A stretch of 64,000 nt of DNA from Amphiscolops sp. MND2022. Taxonomy: Eukaryota. The notes beneath the pieces were generated by a model. It did not search any database. It saw only the letters and a list, made by a program, of their open reading frames with translations, and was not told the origin of the DNA. Of the stretch, positions 34,531-48,700 are shown piece after piece (position 1 is the stretch's first letter; each line of letters starts with the position of its first letter). The DNA lies in contig OZ076409.1 in assembly GCA_964187785.1 (NCBI GenBank), positions 52,392,001 through 52,456,000 of the forward strand, read 5' to 3'. A program made the translations under genes and the position numbers.

Positions 34531-36718
34531 GATGCATCCGGATTAAGGGAATCTGGATCGTTGATGTGAACAAGGATGAATTCGTTCAGATTTAGCATCA
34601 AATTTTCTTTTTTGGCATCAGCCAGTTCTTCGAGCTGTTCTTTCAAACGGTCTTTCAACGGGTCTTGAAACTTGGGAGAAATTCCGAGAAACGGTTCTTC
34701 TCCACTGTGCTCCAACATCAAGCATGTTTTCTGCAAAGCCAAATGTTGCCACAGGGAAACGATCTGAGAGGTTTCCACTCCATGTATGCCTGCAAATTAT
34801 ACATACATGTATTTCACTGCGAAGGGGAGTTCATATTTGAAGCCTATGAATGTCTTTTTATTTGTTTTTATAAAACAAAGCCCATTTACAAAAGGCCCAT
34901 TGAAATTTGAACGAATGTCAAAAACTGAAGATCTTGAGAAATTATTTTGAATAAAAATTTTCCCAAAACTGCCTTTTTAAATTATGCCTTTGTATGAAGT
35001 TTCTTGAGAGCCTATAGGTAGAGCCCATAATTAAAAAAGGCCGTTTTGGGAAAATTTTTATTAAAAATAATTTCTCAAGATCTTCAGTTTTTGACATTCG
35101 TTCAAATTTCAATGGGCTTTTTTGGACAAAGCTTACCTCAGTCAGAGTTTTTCATGAAGTTTTTATACAATGTTAGTAAACGTTGTTCATGAATTAAAAA
35201 GTTATTTTTCCCATGTGGCTCTGAATCCAAACTGAATAAGAAATTTTGTGATTGAACAGTTGACTCAACAGACAATAGCAAACATTAATTTTGAATATTG
35301 ATTGTTTCTCATTTTGTTGATGGAAACGTTATACTAATCTCATCCACTTCTGACAATTCTTCCATTTTCAAATAATTTACTTGAAGAAACAAATGAAAAG
35401 TCCTGTTTTATTTGGGTATGAAATTCGAAAAACTGCTCGAAACAAATTGAAGCTTTTTGGATTGAAGTTAACCTAAGTTGCTTTTTCTTCTGAGTTTTGT
35501 TTGCATGAAGTCTCCCAGGGAAGTTGTATCGTTTTCTCCGGAGCTGTTTTTGTCCAAATATTTCATCAGAAGCTCCACTTGCTTCAGCATCTGGCAGACA
35601 TCCGGCATTCTCGTGAAAGACTGTTTGATCTTTTCAACGAACGACGTGGACAATGGCTGTGAAAGAAAAACTAAGTTTTTTTTTCAAAATGAGTGTCTCT
35701 AGTGAATTGAAATACGGTATTTATATAGAATACTTGCAAAGCAGCTGGAAAGAATCAGTAGTTGGGGCTTATAACTGATAGGTTCATGTAAAAAATACCG
35801 TCAAAAATATAATTAAAAACTGAAAATCTGTATCATCATACTGTACAATGATTAATTTTTGGTGGAATTTTTTGCACCCGTGTCTGTTCTTCAGTTTTGA
35901 CCCCTATATATGACTATTTAAAGTCGACTTGTTTTCATGTTTTCAAACGGCTAGATAGGCAAATGGAAGAAGTTATGCACAATTCTTGTGTCAAGTTGGA
36001 CGCTCTGCAGGAATTTCTTTTTCGAGAAAATGTGTTTGTTAACTGTCACTTTCGGGCGTACGCTTTGAACGGGCTTCAAATGGATTGAAAACAATGTAGG
36101 AATGAATGGGTGTTTACTTTGGCGTGAATGGTGTATATTGACACTAACCTTGATTTTGCCTAAACTTCGAGCATCTGACAGAGCATCGCTCAATTTGGAT
36201 TCTTCACTGAATTTGAGTATCTGCGAAAGAAAAAATAATGAGCGTTAGCTGACATCACGTTGCATTCTTCTTAAGCTGGTCATTTCTTCAAAACATTACA
36301 AAATCATTTCAAGACATTCTATGTTTTAACCTAAAAACCATAAGCAAGCGTTGAACTCAGAGAGCGCAGAGAAAGTTTTCTCGCGCAGGGACACGCAATT
36401 TATTTATACCCTGGGATAAAATTTTAACTTTTTTGTTCGGAATCTTATCATGATTTTCCCATTTTGATACTCGTAACATGATTATCTTTTTAAAATCTAG
36501 ACTCGTAATTCGGTACCTTGGGATTGATGAGGGGCTTAAAAGCACAGAATTTGTAACAGAACATTCGCTGAATGGTTTCGAAATCGTGAACTAGGTGAGT
36601 GGGTTTTTCATTATTGGTGAAAGTAAAAAAACTGATGAGCGTCTGTAATTCTTTCGCCACGTCATCAATGGCTACCACGTGTTCCTTCGTCACAGCATTT
36701 TCATCCAAGTAAAGTGGG
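34531..36718 (-). CDS. RNF213: C-terminal exons of RNF213-like gene (36718-36517, 36220-36149, 35656-35473, 34789-34531)
   Basis: Phase-compatible GT-AG exons. Motifs VTKEHVV...HDFETIQ...KPLI, QIVSLWQHL and EEPF..ISPKFQDPL resemble the RNF213 C-terminal region. A last exon possibly lies at 33606-33854. Confidence 0.7.
34890..35122. repeat. Hairpin MITE (~105-bp imperfect inverted arms) in an RNF213 intron
   Basis: GCCCATTGAAATTTGAACG... and ...CGTTCAAATTTCAATGGGC are reverse complements. Confidence 0.85.
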
Positions 36719-39700
36719 CTGAAACATGGTAAAATTTTATACTCTAGGATACCGGAAAATTAGGTAACGTTTATTTTCAGCTTTTTCTTGGATATGATTG
36801 TGACTAAGTAACAAAGTGTTCCAAATTTCGGCCAAAGTTTTCCAATGGTGTCTTTCATTATGGAATTGAGTTAAAACTACTAAAGCTGCCGTGTTCCTCT
36901 TTAATGCTCACTCCAATATACGACAGATGTAAGTGAAGACTGCACATTGTGAAAAATTGGCTACAACAAGTATCGAAATTTAATTCCTCATTTTGGAGGA
37001 TCAATTTATGTCAAAACAGTTTTGGAAAGTTACTCCTGATAAAGACGATAACTTGAACAAAGCTTATTGTCTTAATGACACGTTGCGCTCAATGTAGCGT
37101 TCATATCTTTTCTCAAATGACCAAACAAGCCAAGTTTGAAAAAATGGAAAGACAGAACTTACTCTAGCATGAATAGAAGAAACTCTGTTTTGCTTTTTAC
37201 CAGCTAAATTCACTTGACAAAGAAGTTCATTTTTGGTTCTAGATAATAGTTTGACTGAAAATAACGGAACACTAACAAAAGAATCTGTATATTTCTGAAA
37301 ATTATTCCTTAGAGACCTTATGAAAAAAAATACCAAGTAGATTATGTTTTTGTTGTTGGAATCCATTGATACTCATATTCTGAAAAACCACCAGAAAATT
37401 ACACCATTTGCAGAAACAAATATAGAAAAGTAGAAAAGCTGGAAAAATTTTTGTTACAAATAAATTCTCCTTTTTCATAAAACTCTATTTTTTCAACACC
37501 AAGGAAGCCAAGTAACGTTTTGTTGAATGTTTAAAGTCTTTGGATCTCACTAGCTACTAAAACTCCCAACAATTGAGCAAAAAAGGCCTAAAATGTTAGA
37601 AAATTAGAATTTGGGAACATTTTGATCACTTTTGAGCTTGTTTTTCGTTTAAAATATGTTTCAGTGCAGAAGAAACATTGAAGTTGCGTATTACTGTGTT
37701 TTTGAAGTCTATTGATACCCATACGAACAAAACATCTGGAAACATGCCGAATAATTCAACCACCGCCTCGAGTTCCCTTAATATTAAGATTTTTGACAAC
37801 TGTCGATTCATTTTTCGTTTTTGGGACAAAATGGCGCAATTTTACAAACAAAGCAATGCTAAAAGTTTTGCTATGCTTTCTGGTTCCTCATATGAAGTTG
37901 GAATGGATAAAAATTTCCACAAAAGCATGTACAAGAAGTTCTACGGACATAAACCCGGCTGGCAAAGATAACGAAGGTTTGCTTTTTCTGAATGAAAATT
38001 CTATTCTACTAGAATAGTAGTACAAATGAATTGTAGTACAAAAACTTCGTGATTTAAACAAAAATTGAGTTTTTTTGTCAAAAAACGAGCTTTTATATCA
38101 TTTTTTGGTTTTTGGTTATTTTCGAGGCCAGTTCTAAAAAAATTGCGTTTTGATTTACTAAAACGCCTGCTGGATTTTGGGTTCAGCTGTTGCTGAGTTT
38201 TTAAACGATTTTATGCAACGAAAAAGCCCAAAAAGTTTTGAAAAACTGGATATAAACCCAAAAACTTGCCTTTTTTTGGTTATTCTGAGTCAATTTTCTA
38301 CCATAAAACTGCTAATTTCTCGATCAAAAGCGTGCTGCAAACCTAGTTATGTCATCTGGAGCTTTTTGAAAGTTTTACTTTTCTAATTTCAAGACATCAC
38401 AAAAGCTGTCAAACATTTGATTTTCAAATAACTCCGGGGTTACTTTGAGACTTTTTTTAAACAAAAAAACGGCCATTTTTTCCTCAAAAAAGTACCCACT
38501 GATTACAATTACTCTCGGGTAGGATTTTTGGATTCTAATTAGCAAAAATTCCCAAAAAGTACATATAAAAAGAACCAACATTTGTAGTTTTTATAATTCT
38601 AGACATATTTGGAGTCATTCTGATGACTTTTGTGGCAACAAATTAGAATCGGAAAACCTAACTGCAGAGGTATTCATTTAGTTGAAAATTCTAAACCACG
38701 AATTTTTTCAAATAAGACTTAGAAGTCGAAAAATGTGAAAGATAGTTCATTTTGAAACACTTTTTGGGCAACAATCGACAATTTCATTCAAAACGCCCAA
38801 TCGGAAACTCGTTTGTTTGTTTTGTTGAATGTTTTTCTATGAATTTATGTACATCATTTGCCTAAAGTTTTGCCAAATTTGCAAAAAATACGTCAATCTT
38901 TGAAATTTTCCCATTTTGGTCAATCTGGGGCATTGTCCTACCTAAACGGCTCTCAATGTTTCCTTTCACAAGCGTACGGCCTAGCTAGCTACTTAGTTTG
39001 GAGCTTTTCGAATCTGCTAATGTTTGAAAGTGTTTTTTAAAAAATGATAAGATAGTCAAAGTTTTGCAAATTTTGATAATTTCGAATTTTTGCCACCAAT
39101 TCGAAGCATGTTCTGACTGAAGTCTGCAGATATGTGTTGAAAAAAGTGTAATGCATAACGCCTTCAATAGTAATTAAAGTTGCATGAAAGTTGCGTGAAA
39201 ATTAATCTTAGAAGTTGCGTGAAAATGTTTTAAATTCAATTGAAGTTATACTGACGTGTTTTTGAAACAAAACGCTGCAACTGTCTCTTCCAAAAAGCCT
39301 ACTGCGTAGCTATTGTTTTCGTTTTTGAACGGCCTTGATCTTCTAATCCATGAAATGTCTCAAAGAATACACAGAATTACTAGAATAACGACAAATACTG
39401 GAAAATTTTGGCTTTTTCGATATTTTCTGTGTCAATTTGAAGCATTTTTTGTTTACTTCATAAAAGCCTCCTGGACAACGAATTCTTTCTTTGTTGAACG
39501 TTTTTAACCTTCCAATTCACGAATTTTATCGAAAATGTGGCAAAAATTGCAAAAATTGCAAAAATCCAAAAGCTTGGAACTATTTGTCTTTTTTGGGTCA
39601 TTCTGGGGTCATTTTGGTCATACCCAAAACATCCAAAAATCTCTACAAAAACATTTTGCGTAGAACTAAATTTATGTCAGTTGAACTCTATGGGTTACAC

Positions 39701-39951
39701 ATGTCAATTTGGATAGAAAATTGGAATATGACAAATTTTTCGAAAAAACACGACGGATCTAATTATTTTCTTTTCTCATATGGAATTTGGGCAGAAAGGC
39801 TGCAATTGTGTGGAATGTTTTTTTATCTAATGCAAAAGTTTTTTCTAAAGTACTTTAAGGTGGAAAATTTTCTGGTGCTTAGCGGCGTAGTTTATCAGGT
39901 GAGTATCCTTCAAAATGGTGTAAATTTGAAAAAGATTTTAAAAATACTAAC

Positions 39952-42900
39952 GGTGTTTCTATTTTGAAACAAGATCTATGCTTCTGGATGAGCTCGTTGT
40001 TCTTCGACACCAAGAAAAACAACGTAGCATACGCACAACAGTCGTTGGTTTTACCTTTCGATGGGAGAAAATTCCTTAAAGTCGAAGAAATAGAGAGTAG
40101 ATCTTCGAATCTGCACTTCACATCCGGTTCCAGTAGACGCAGACGGTCTTTCACTATATTATTCCAAAGCTGCACATAAACACCGCACCCAGTAGCTAAT
40201 TGGGTTTTTAGAGCGATGGGAAAGCCTGATTGACAAACGAACTGGTCGAATTCTCTGTTGAGGTCACCGTCTTGAACAACTTCAGCAAGGTTTCTGAAGA
40301 AATTGAGAAGTGTGGGAATTTCTTTGATGCAGTTGATAACTTCAAAATCATCGTCAAATAATGTTTGGAGTACAGATAGCTGGCTGTTTTGCTGTATCTC
40401 TGTTCGAAAATTATCGAGACAAATTTTAGGCAGAGGATTCCAAAAGTCAGCATCCGTTTTCAAACGCATCCCCGAAATGTCCCTCGGAAACGGAAGGTCG
40501 GCATAAGGGGTCTCCATTTCGGGAAACATTCGAGACAATGAATGATTGCGCTTCATTCTAGTTTGCAAGGCCTTTCCTCCTTGAAGAAAAATCAGTTGAG
40601 AGAATAGTCGTTTCACATTTTCGGCTACTTCGTGCTCTTGTTCGTGTATTTCTTTTTCGATGTCATGCGGGATAAAAAACTGTTTGGGTACTGCGATGGT
40701 ATATCGGGGCATTGTTTGAACAACAGACGCTGTGAAAGTGTCGAGACTTTTCTTGATTTGAGCAATTGAAAGCATATCGCTTATGAATGTTGCACATCCT
40801 TTAAGAATTAGGGCTGCGATAGCGTCATAGAAACCTCCAAACAGAGAAACTTCGAGGATCGTTTGAAAAAGAAGTAGTGTTTGTTTGATATCCACTGACG
40901 CAATTTCTTTTTCATTATCACTATTGATAACGTTCTCTAAACTTCTCACGAAAGCAGGAGGAACTTCTTTGACAAGCATGGTAGTCAAAGTATACCTAGT
41001 ATCTTTGTCCATGAAATATGGCTCACAACTTTCGGACTTTTTGATGATGCAATAGTCTGTCAAAAATTTGATAGACGTTTCATCTTGTTTGGGAATAACA
41101 TAGTCCTTCATCAACCCCAAGAAAACTTTTCTCACATTTTTGAGACTTTGGTTCCAAAGGTTTGAAAGGTGGTTGTCGAGAAATTTCAGAGTTGGAATTT
41201 TACAAGCTTTGAATTCATAGTCGTCTACGTCAGTCTGGCACAACAGACATCTAATCAATCCGCTTTGTTGGCTTTCTGAAGCCTGTATCTCTTCACGTTT
41301 CATCTTCCAGCATTCCGGGTGAACAGGATGACTGCCTCTACAGGGAAGAGAAAAAGGGAAACCCTGTTTTCTTGTTGTTTCCACCACATCTTGGCGACAA
41401 AATGCACACTCACAAGTTAAACAGCTTTTCATAAGACAGTAGGTCAGAACCGCTTCCGACGTTTTCCTCAGTGAAACTATCAACCTCTTAATGAACGTAA
41501 TAGAAGAAATTTCTTCTCTCTTCATTGAGCTCATCGAAGTCCACAACATTTTAGCTCCTTTGCCTGCTTCTGTCATCGATTCGTCTTCCATTAGATAACA
41601 AGCTTCTGTTACGCAATATGAAAAAATTTGTAATTTTTCTAGTTTCCCCTGAAAATCTTCGTCATTCTGAAAATTTTTGCTGCAACTCTTGAGCAAGTTC
41701 ACGTTTTCCACAAAAAAATCCAGTTCTTGTTTTTTGAACTCCAAAATTTTGATATCAACTTCCACTTTGAGTGGAGGGCTGATCTGATGCATCAGAGATT
41801 CGACAGTGTTCTTCACTATGAAAACAGTCAATGACTCAAACTTGTGTTTGCTGATTCTGGCACTGAACATTCTTATCAAAGGTTGGATAAACTTCAACTC
41901 TGACTTCATCTTGCCAAAAACAAGAAACGCCAATCCAAAGCTGGGATTTGATTCAGGCATTTCTCTCATTCTTTGATTTACAACTAATCGTATGAACTTG
42001 AGGAGATCTCTTTTTTCTTTTTCTGCCGTAACGTTCAGCTCATGAATTATTAGGTCATTTATAAAAGCATCGCGAATTTTCTTTTCATCGGGAATGGAAC
42101 TGTTCCTGAGAATTTTCCACAGATCGTGAGATTCATCATTTTGCAAAGTTTCGAGAAACATTTCTTGGATGTTCAAATCCGGCTGGTTTTGAACAGCATC
42201 TTTCGATTCTTTGAGTAAATCATCCATCTCGTGAATTATGTACGTGCTAAAAGGGAACTCAATAGCCAGCTGCATGGAATGGCCTTCAACTTGATATTTG
42301 GTTCCAATCGTGTCTATGAGCGAAAATAAGTTAATCCATAATTCTTTGCACCACTTTTGTTCGAAGAGCAGACGCAAATTGTTATCGAAGTTGATCGTGT
42401 TGAGAAACTTGCTCATGTTTGGTTTTGCTCTCTGTTTAAACTCGTTATAAATCACTTCCTTCAGCGATCCCATTGCAATCAGGTCCTGCAAACTTGCTGC
42501 CTTATCAAGAACCCAAGCTCCAAGTTCGGTGTCTTGGCCCAGTTCCATGTATAAAAAAGATGCCAGCTGCTTCATAAACATTTCTTCTACTCCCGCATAG
42601 ACCTCTGGGCCGTCAAATAACTGTAAGACGTTTGAAATTCTTACAACTTTGCTCGATGACGTTTCTGTGCTTGAACTTGCTATTGTTTCATAAATCACAT
42701 CTCGAATGAACCGCTTTTGAAAAGCCGAACAACTAGAGCATTCGACATGAAACAAGTCTTTCAAAGTAACCTTCTCTCCGTAGAGCAGTTTGAGGAGACT
42801 CTCGCTTCCTTCGTCTACCAACAGTGAATCTACGTGAAAACAGTCCCATTGGCCCATGCAGAAACTGCGGTAATTGGATATGTACCAATTTCTAGGAAGA

Positions 42901-45900
42901 TCAATTATCAGGACAACGCATAGTTTGCTTATTTTTGCACGGCCCATAATATTCTCGAGACAGTATTTAGCACATGCTATCAGAGACACGTGTTTTTGAC
43001 CTTTCAAACAAGTGACAAACAAGCATTTGGTTGCATTTATGTCCTTTTCATTGTCGCACTGAAGCAGGAACTCGTTGACTTTACTTGTAAACTCTTGCTC
43101 CGTCTTCATCCAATTAAGGTTGATCACAAATTGTCTATTCTCATTTTCAGTCTCACTGTCCAACTTCATGAGTTTTCTGTTTCTTAGCTTGATTTCATTG
43201 GCTGATGGGATTCCACAGAAAGTTGTGACTTCAATGAAGCGACATTTAGTCCCCTCTTCCCACGTGGAATAGCATTGTTTCAAGAGGAGATCCGACAAGT
43301 GTTTGCGTCCTTGTTTGTTGTACAGCTCCTTAAAATCAGGCGGAGAATTGAATAGTTTAGCTAATTCGGGAACTGGCGGTTTTTTTGAGATTCGCATAAC
43401 TGCTTCCTCAGTGCAAGTTTGAAAAGCTTTTTCAAAAGATTTCAACAAGAGAATTCCCGGATTGTCTTTTTCGTGGTGTTGTAAGCTATTGTGAGCTTGT
43501 AAGACAATGCATGCCGCTGTATCCGCTTCTACAAAGCCAATGAAAACATCTCTGGTTTTGAAGCGCTCCGTTGGTATATCGGTTCTTTCAAAGTCTGACA
43601 GAATGGCCATAAGCTGCTTCAGTTTCTGCACGACTTCCGCCTGTTGCGAAGTCAGGATTGATTGCATGTCGACATAGTGTTTTTCTAGTCGATTCAACAA
43701 AGGAATCGGATAATGCTTCGCAGTTTTTTCTTCCTCGATGATGATCAATCTGAAGTTTTCCGAAACACTGCATTTGACTCGATTGCTCCCTAAGCCCATA
43801 TCCACAAGACGCTTCTCGCCATAATAAACGTATTGCTGGTTTAAAGCATCATACAAGGACTCGTAAACAGAGCCAATGTTTAGTAGAACGACAGGAATTC
43901 CGCTCTCCATACACATTTTGATGCGATTGATGTTTCTACATACGTTGACGTATTCGCGATCCTGAGGAAATGAAGATCCGAATATGATTTCACAGTTTTC
44001 CACGTTCAAGACATTCGGTAGAAGCTGAAGAGCGGCAAAGTTTTCAGTGAGTAGAAGGAGGTAACGACTCTCGTTGTTCATTCTGCGCTGTTCCTCGGGC
44101 ATGGCTAGTCGTTTTCTAACTTCTTCAATGTTTTCGCGCACCAAATTAAGCGTACTCATTCTACCCAACACTTCTAACATCATACTTCGTTCGAACAGAT
44201 GATCACAGTGATCTATGAAGACTTTAGCAACTGATCTATCTTTCCCGCCAAAATTTCTGCAAATTGCTCTACAGACTTTCAAGAAACTCAATCCCTGGCA
44301 ATTTGACTGCAAGTACTGGCAGTAAAGCATTTTCAGAAGTCCATAGAAGTCTCGTAACCCAAAGTATTCTTTGCTTTGTTTAGCAAACTGCATCTTGTAG
44401 ATTTGCTCGTATGCCTTGGACAGGGGTTCTACAAGACTCTCAAGTCCGGAGCCTTCATTGTCCACTCTGCAAATAGCCCTGGCGCTTTCTAAGAGTTCAC
44501 CGTGTTTTGGAACAGTCCTACTGACAAGAATACCGCGGCTCATTTTAGCCGGATCCAAAGCCCAGTTAGATATGCCTATGAAGGCAACTTTAGAATACTC
44601 GGCAGGTATTAATCTTCCTTGTTCTACGTAACCTTCTTCCAAAAGTGGGTGTAAAGCTTTTAAAGGCATTTTAGCAGATGCTTCAGCTAACCCTATTTCA
44701 TCTAGCACAACAACACTCACGAAAGATTCCAAGTTTTTTTGTTTTTGATACTGGGATGCTTGTTTGAATTCGTTAACGATCCCTTCGGCGGTTGTGTGGG
44801 GCGAGCATTGAAACGATCGCACATGAGCTTGCTTGAAGTTTCGGAAGAACTTACTGTTTGAGTATTTTCCCTGCATAGCATCCATAACTATGGTTTTGGC
44901 CAGTGACTTGGAACTACCTGGTTTTCCAACGAGAAACAAAGGAATCTTCGTCTGAATGCAAATAAACATCATGAAAACGTTCTCCGACAATGCTTTATTT
45001 TTGGCGACTGTTGTTTTGAAACCCAGCTGGATATTGTTGACAAAAACTTGTTGGCATAGTTCCAGCTCTCGCTTTATTGACTCACCTTTTCGTGGTAAAG
45101 TATTGTCGCCTGTGAATCCAAGAGATATTTCTTCACAGTATTTGTCTCTTTCTTCACTCAGCGAAAAATAGTAACAAACGCCCAGTGTCAAAATAATCAA
45201 ACAAGACAATTGATTTGGTTCTGCGGGTACCACTCCACAATGTTTTTCTTTCTTTTTAAGATCATAAATTTCAGAGAGCACGACCTTCGCTTTTTGACGA
45301 AAAAATGTGAAAACTTTCATAGCTCTGTCGATATGGCGCAAACTAACCGATAAACTAAGTTCTTCGTTCTGACGGAGAAATATCTGGGATAAGTTGAGAA
45401 CGTGACTTATGAAGTCAACATCTGCTGAGCTCAGTCTGAGGAATCTGGCCTGTCTTTGTACAATTTGCCGAGTATACTTGTATTCGTTTTCTTCCGTCAG
45501 ACGCCCAAAATCCCAAGCAAGAGGCAACAAGCTTGGGGGCAAGGGGTTCACGCGGTAAACAAGGTGCCTCATGGGAACGTCATCTTCTAATTTATCATCG
45601 TTCATTTTGGGACTCAAATGGAATCCCAGTCCGGCAGTTTCCAATTTTTCAATCATCTTCGGATGATGTCGTTTGTAAGGATTGCAAGCTGCAACAATCT
45701 TCAAGCCGCAATCAGGATCTAAAACTTCGCCGCGTATTGTGAAATCGCATACAACTTCTTTGATGACGTGAATTGCTTCGGTTGTATTGGCTTCATCGAA
45801 GAACAAAACAGTGAAGGCACCTTTGTTCTTTTTGGAGTTTTCTTTAGCCTGTTTTTCAGCCTCCTTCACGTGTCGCACGATGTCTTCTGCTGTTACACCA

Positions 45901-46682
45901 CCATGCACTTTGACAACTTTTTTATTGGGGAAGTCTGGCCACGGCGCCAGAAGTTCACATAGATATTCAACCAATCTTGTTTTGCCACAACCTGTTTCAC
46001 CAATTATAATAACAGGTATGTTGCATTTGAATCTCATGTAGATCGCTAACAATTTCATGACATTGTCCTGTGTCAGCTCGTAGTTAGGGTCAACGTCTCT
46101 ATCAATAGACTGAACATCAGCTGATAAGACTCTATTGAGTTTTTTCAATTTGCAAGATTTACTCAGTTGATCGAAGTTTTCCCCTAGAATGTTTTCCCGC
46201 TGATCGTATGCTTGATTTCTGATCAGCACTTCAAGACTGGAAGGCATTGCATTTTCTGCAATTTTGTTGCCTTTGCTATCGATTAGGTTTGTATTTTCGA
46301 CTTTCACGCCCAAGAAAGTAAACGTAGTGTTGTCAGCATTGAAAAATACATAAGGGTGTGCATTGTTTTCCCATCTTCGGCGAATTTGGTGACACTTCAG
46401 CACAGAATGATCGTCAAGTCCAAACGAAGGCGAGTTGTCGGATACGGATAATGATGGCAACGCAAAATCTTGACCCATTTTCACAATGCAGTGTTTAACA
46501 AGAAAATTTTTGAAACCTACGAACTGTTCATCGTTGACAAAGATGTTACACTCGCAAAGTTCTAGCTGTTCATTCAAAAACTGTGTGAAATAGGTTAGTT
46601 GAGCCCACGTTGGGTTTTGTAAACCACTCCATTTAGTCAGAGTTTCAATAATCTCTTTGCACATTTCTCGTTGATTGTCGAC
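39952..46682 (-). CDS. RNF213: Giant 6.7-kb exon of RNF213/mysterin-like AAA+ ATPase / RING E3
   Basis: Walker A GETGCGKT and GKPGSSKS; Walker B FFDEAN and VLDEIGLAE; ACNPY, NWALDPAKMSR, GSSFP, LYDALNQ and PLLNRLEKH motifs; RING-like CAFC...C...H..H..C...CLLC. Confidence 0.95.
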
Positions 46683-47129
46683 CTTAGCCAGGGGTGATAT
46701 TTTTTTATTCATACATGACAGAATATCTAGTCAAAGCAGTCAGCAAAAACAGTGAAAGCGGCAAGAAAAATTAGCGGTTCAAAAAACTATGCTGACTAAA
46801 ATAACCCTTTCAATTAGTTTGATCTTTTTGAGTATTTGAGTACGATTACTTTAAAAAAGAACACCGAAAGAGCAAAAAAGCAAGAAGCCAATATATATTT
46901 GTAACCTCCACGCAAAATTTCTTTGGAAAATTGATCCTCTCTCATCGGCCAGCCCACAATAACGCTCGTTTCAAATTGATATTGAATTACAGCTGAGAAA
47001 ACCTACTCAAAACTTGTATCACGCACAATTTGGATTACAGTTCATTCCATATTCCATGTGGGGAAGGAAAATATTCAAATCAGACAGTTTTTTTTTTTAC
47101 AAAATTTGCCAAGCATCAAGATTATAATT

Positions 47130-48700
47130 AACCTTAAGGGTGTTACCCATAGAATTCAACTCACATAAAATTAGCTTCGTGCGATTTGTATCTTTGAAGA
47201 TTTCTGGATTTTTTTTAGTTGACCCCAAGTACCCCCGATTGACCCAAAAATGACCCCGAAAATGAGAAAATCAGCAAAAATTTCTATGTTTTAATGCAAT
47301 TTTTGTCAATTTTTCGATAAATATCGGTAATTAGAATGTTGAAAACGTTCAACAAGGCACGAACTTGTTGTCCAATAGTTTTCTATGAGAGATAAATGCG
47401 GTTTTCCAAAAAAAGACAACAAAATTGACAAAATTTTCAAAGGTGCCCGATTTTTAATTTGGTCAAAATGTTGACAAAACTTTTGTTGATTGGAATAATG
47501 AAAACGTTCATCAAGGAAAAACTTCATTGTCCAATAGGTTTTTATGAAGATATAATTGCTTTTTTTCCTAAGGAGAAAGTCTCAAATTAACACCGAATAT
47601 GACAAAAAGTCCATACTTTTCCAATTTTAGAGTTTTTTTGCAACTTCTGTCGAGTTTTCGACAGACATAGTGGATGGAATCGTGAAATGGGTCAACAAGA
47701 AAAAAGAGGTTGTTGTCCAGTAGTCTGTTATGGAGAGATAATTGCAGTTTTCTGAATTATCTCAAATTGACACCGAAAATGACAAAAACCCAAAGATTTC
47801 CTTACTTCAATTTTTTTTGCAAGTTTTGTCAAACTTTTGACAGACCTCATGGATAAGAATGTTGGAAAGGTTAACAAGGGAAAAATGTGTTGTCAAATAA
47901 GCTTAGTGAAGAGATAAATGTAGTTTTTAAATGAAAAATGTCTGGGGAATTGACATTGAAAACGTGTAAATTTCGAAATTTTCTGATTTTCAACACTTTT
48001 CAATTTTTGTCAAATTATTTACAGACTTATTGGACAATAATTTCAATCAACCCTCATTAAGCAAAGAAACCAAAAAAATGGTTTCAAAGCTTCAACAAAG
48101 ACTAATCCCGCTATCCATTAGGCGTTTTGGAAGATTTAACTGCATTTTGTTGATGGGATTGTCCTCAAAAACACTCCAAACTTCAAAGAACGGCAAAGAA
48201 GCACGTATTAGCGACAAATTAAGCCCATATCTCGTTCAAACCACGAAAATTTTTGTGTAATAGAATTTCCATTGACCTGAACGTTGGAACTAATCGGTAG
48301 GTAAAAAGTGGTATGAACAAAGGTGTCGAATATTCTAAATTACTTCACTTTTCCACAACAAAGTCCCAATCTTGGAACCTTTCCAAAAAATGACTTCAAT
48401 AGAAAAAACCTTAGGCTCACAATTGAAACGTGTAGCTACCGGTTTCGACAAGATGTCAGAATGTTTGTTTGCACAAGGAAGAAAACGTAAAAACGACACA
48501 AAAATCAAAACTTTGTTTACTTCTTCAAATTTTTTTGTAAATTTTCTAGCTAATTTGTGGACTAGAATGGTTAAAACATTCAACAACAACCGAACTCAGT
48601 GTCCAGTAGGCTTTTTTGGAAGAGATATCTAAAGTTTCATGCGAACAAAGTTTCTCAAATTGACCCCCAAATTGTCGAAAGTTTCAAAATTTTCCAATTT
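47130..48700 (+). repeat. Dispersed repeat with ~170-180-bp sub-units; inverted relative at ~39300-39760
   Basis: Recurrent GTTGTCCAATAG...GAGATAA..GC...CTCAAATTGACA units. 47140 GTGTTACCCATAGAATTCAACT resembles the reverse complement of the sequence at ~39678-39700. Confidence 0.65.

Noticed and set aside
35897..38017. Possible nested + strand gene in RNF213 introns
   Set aside because: Only short ORFs with no motifs; no consistent exon chain could be built.
46683..46712. ATG at 46712 as the start of the RNF213-like gene
   Set aside because: Upstream homologous exons lie at 62825-63706; this stretch is the TIR and intron end.
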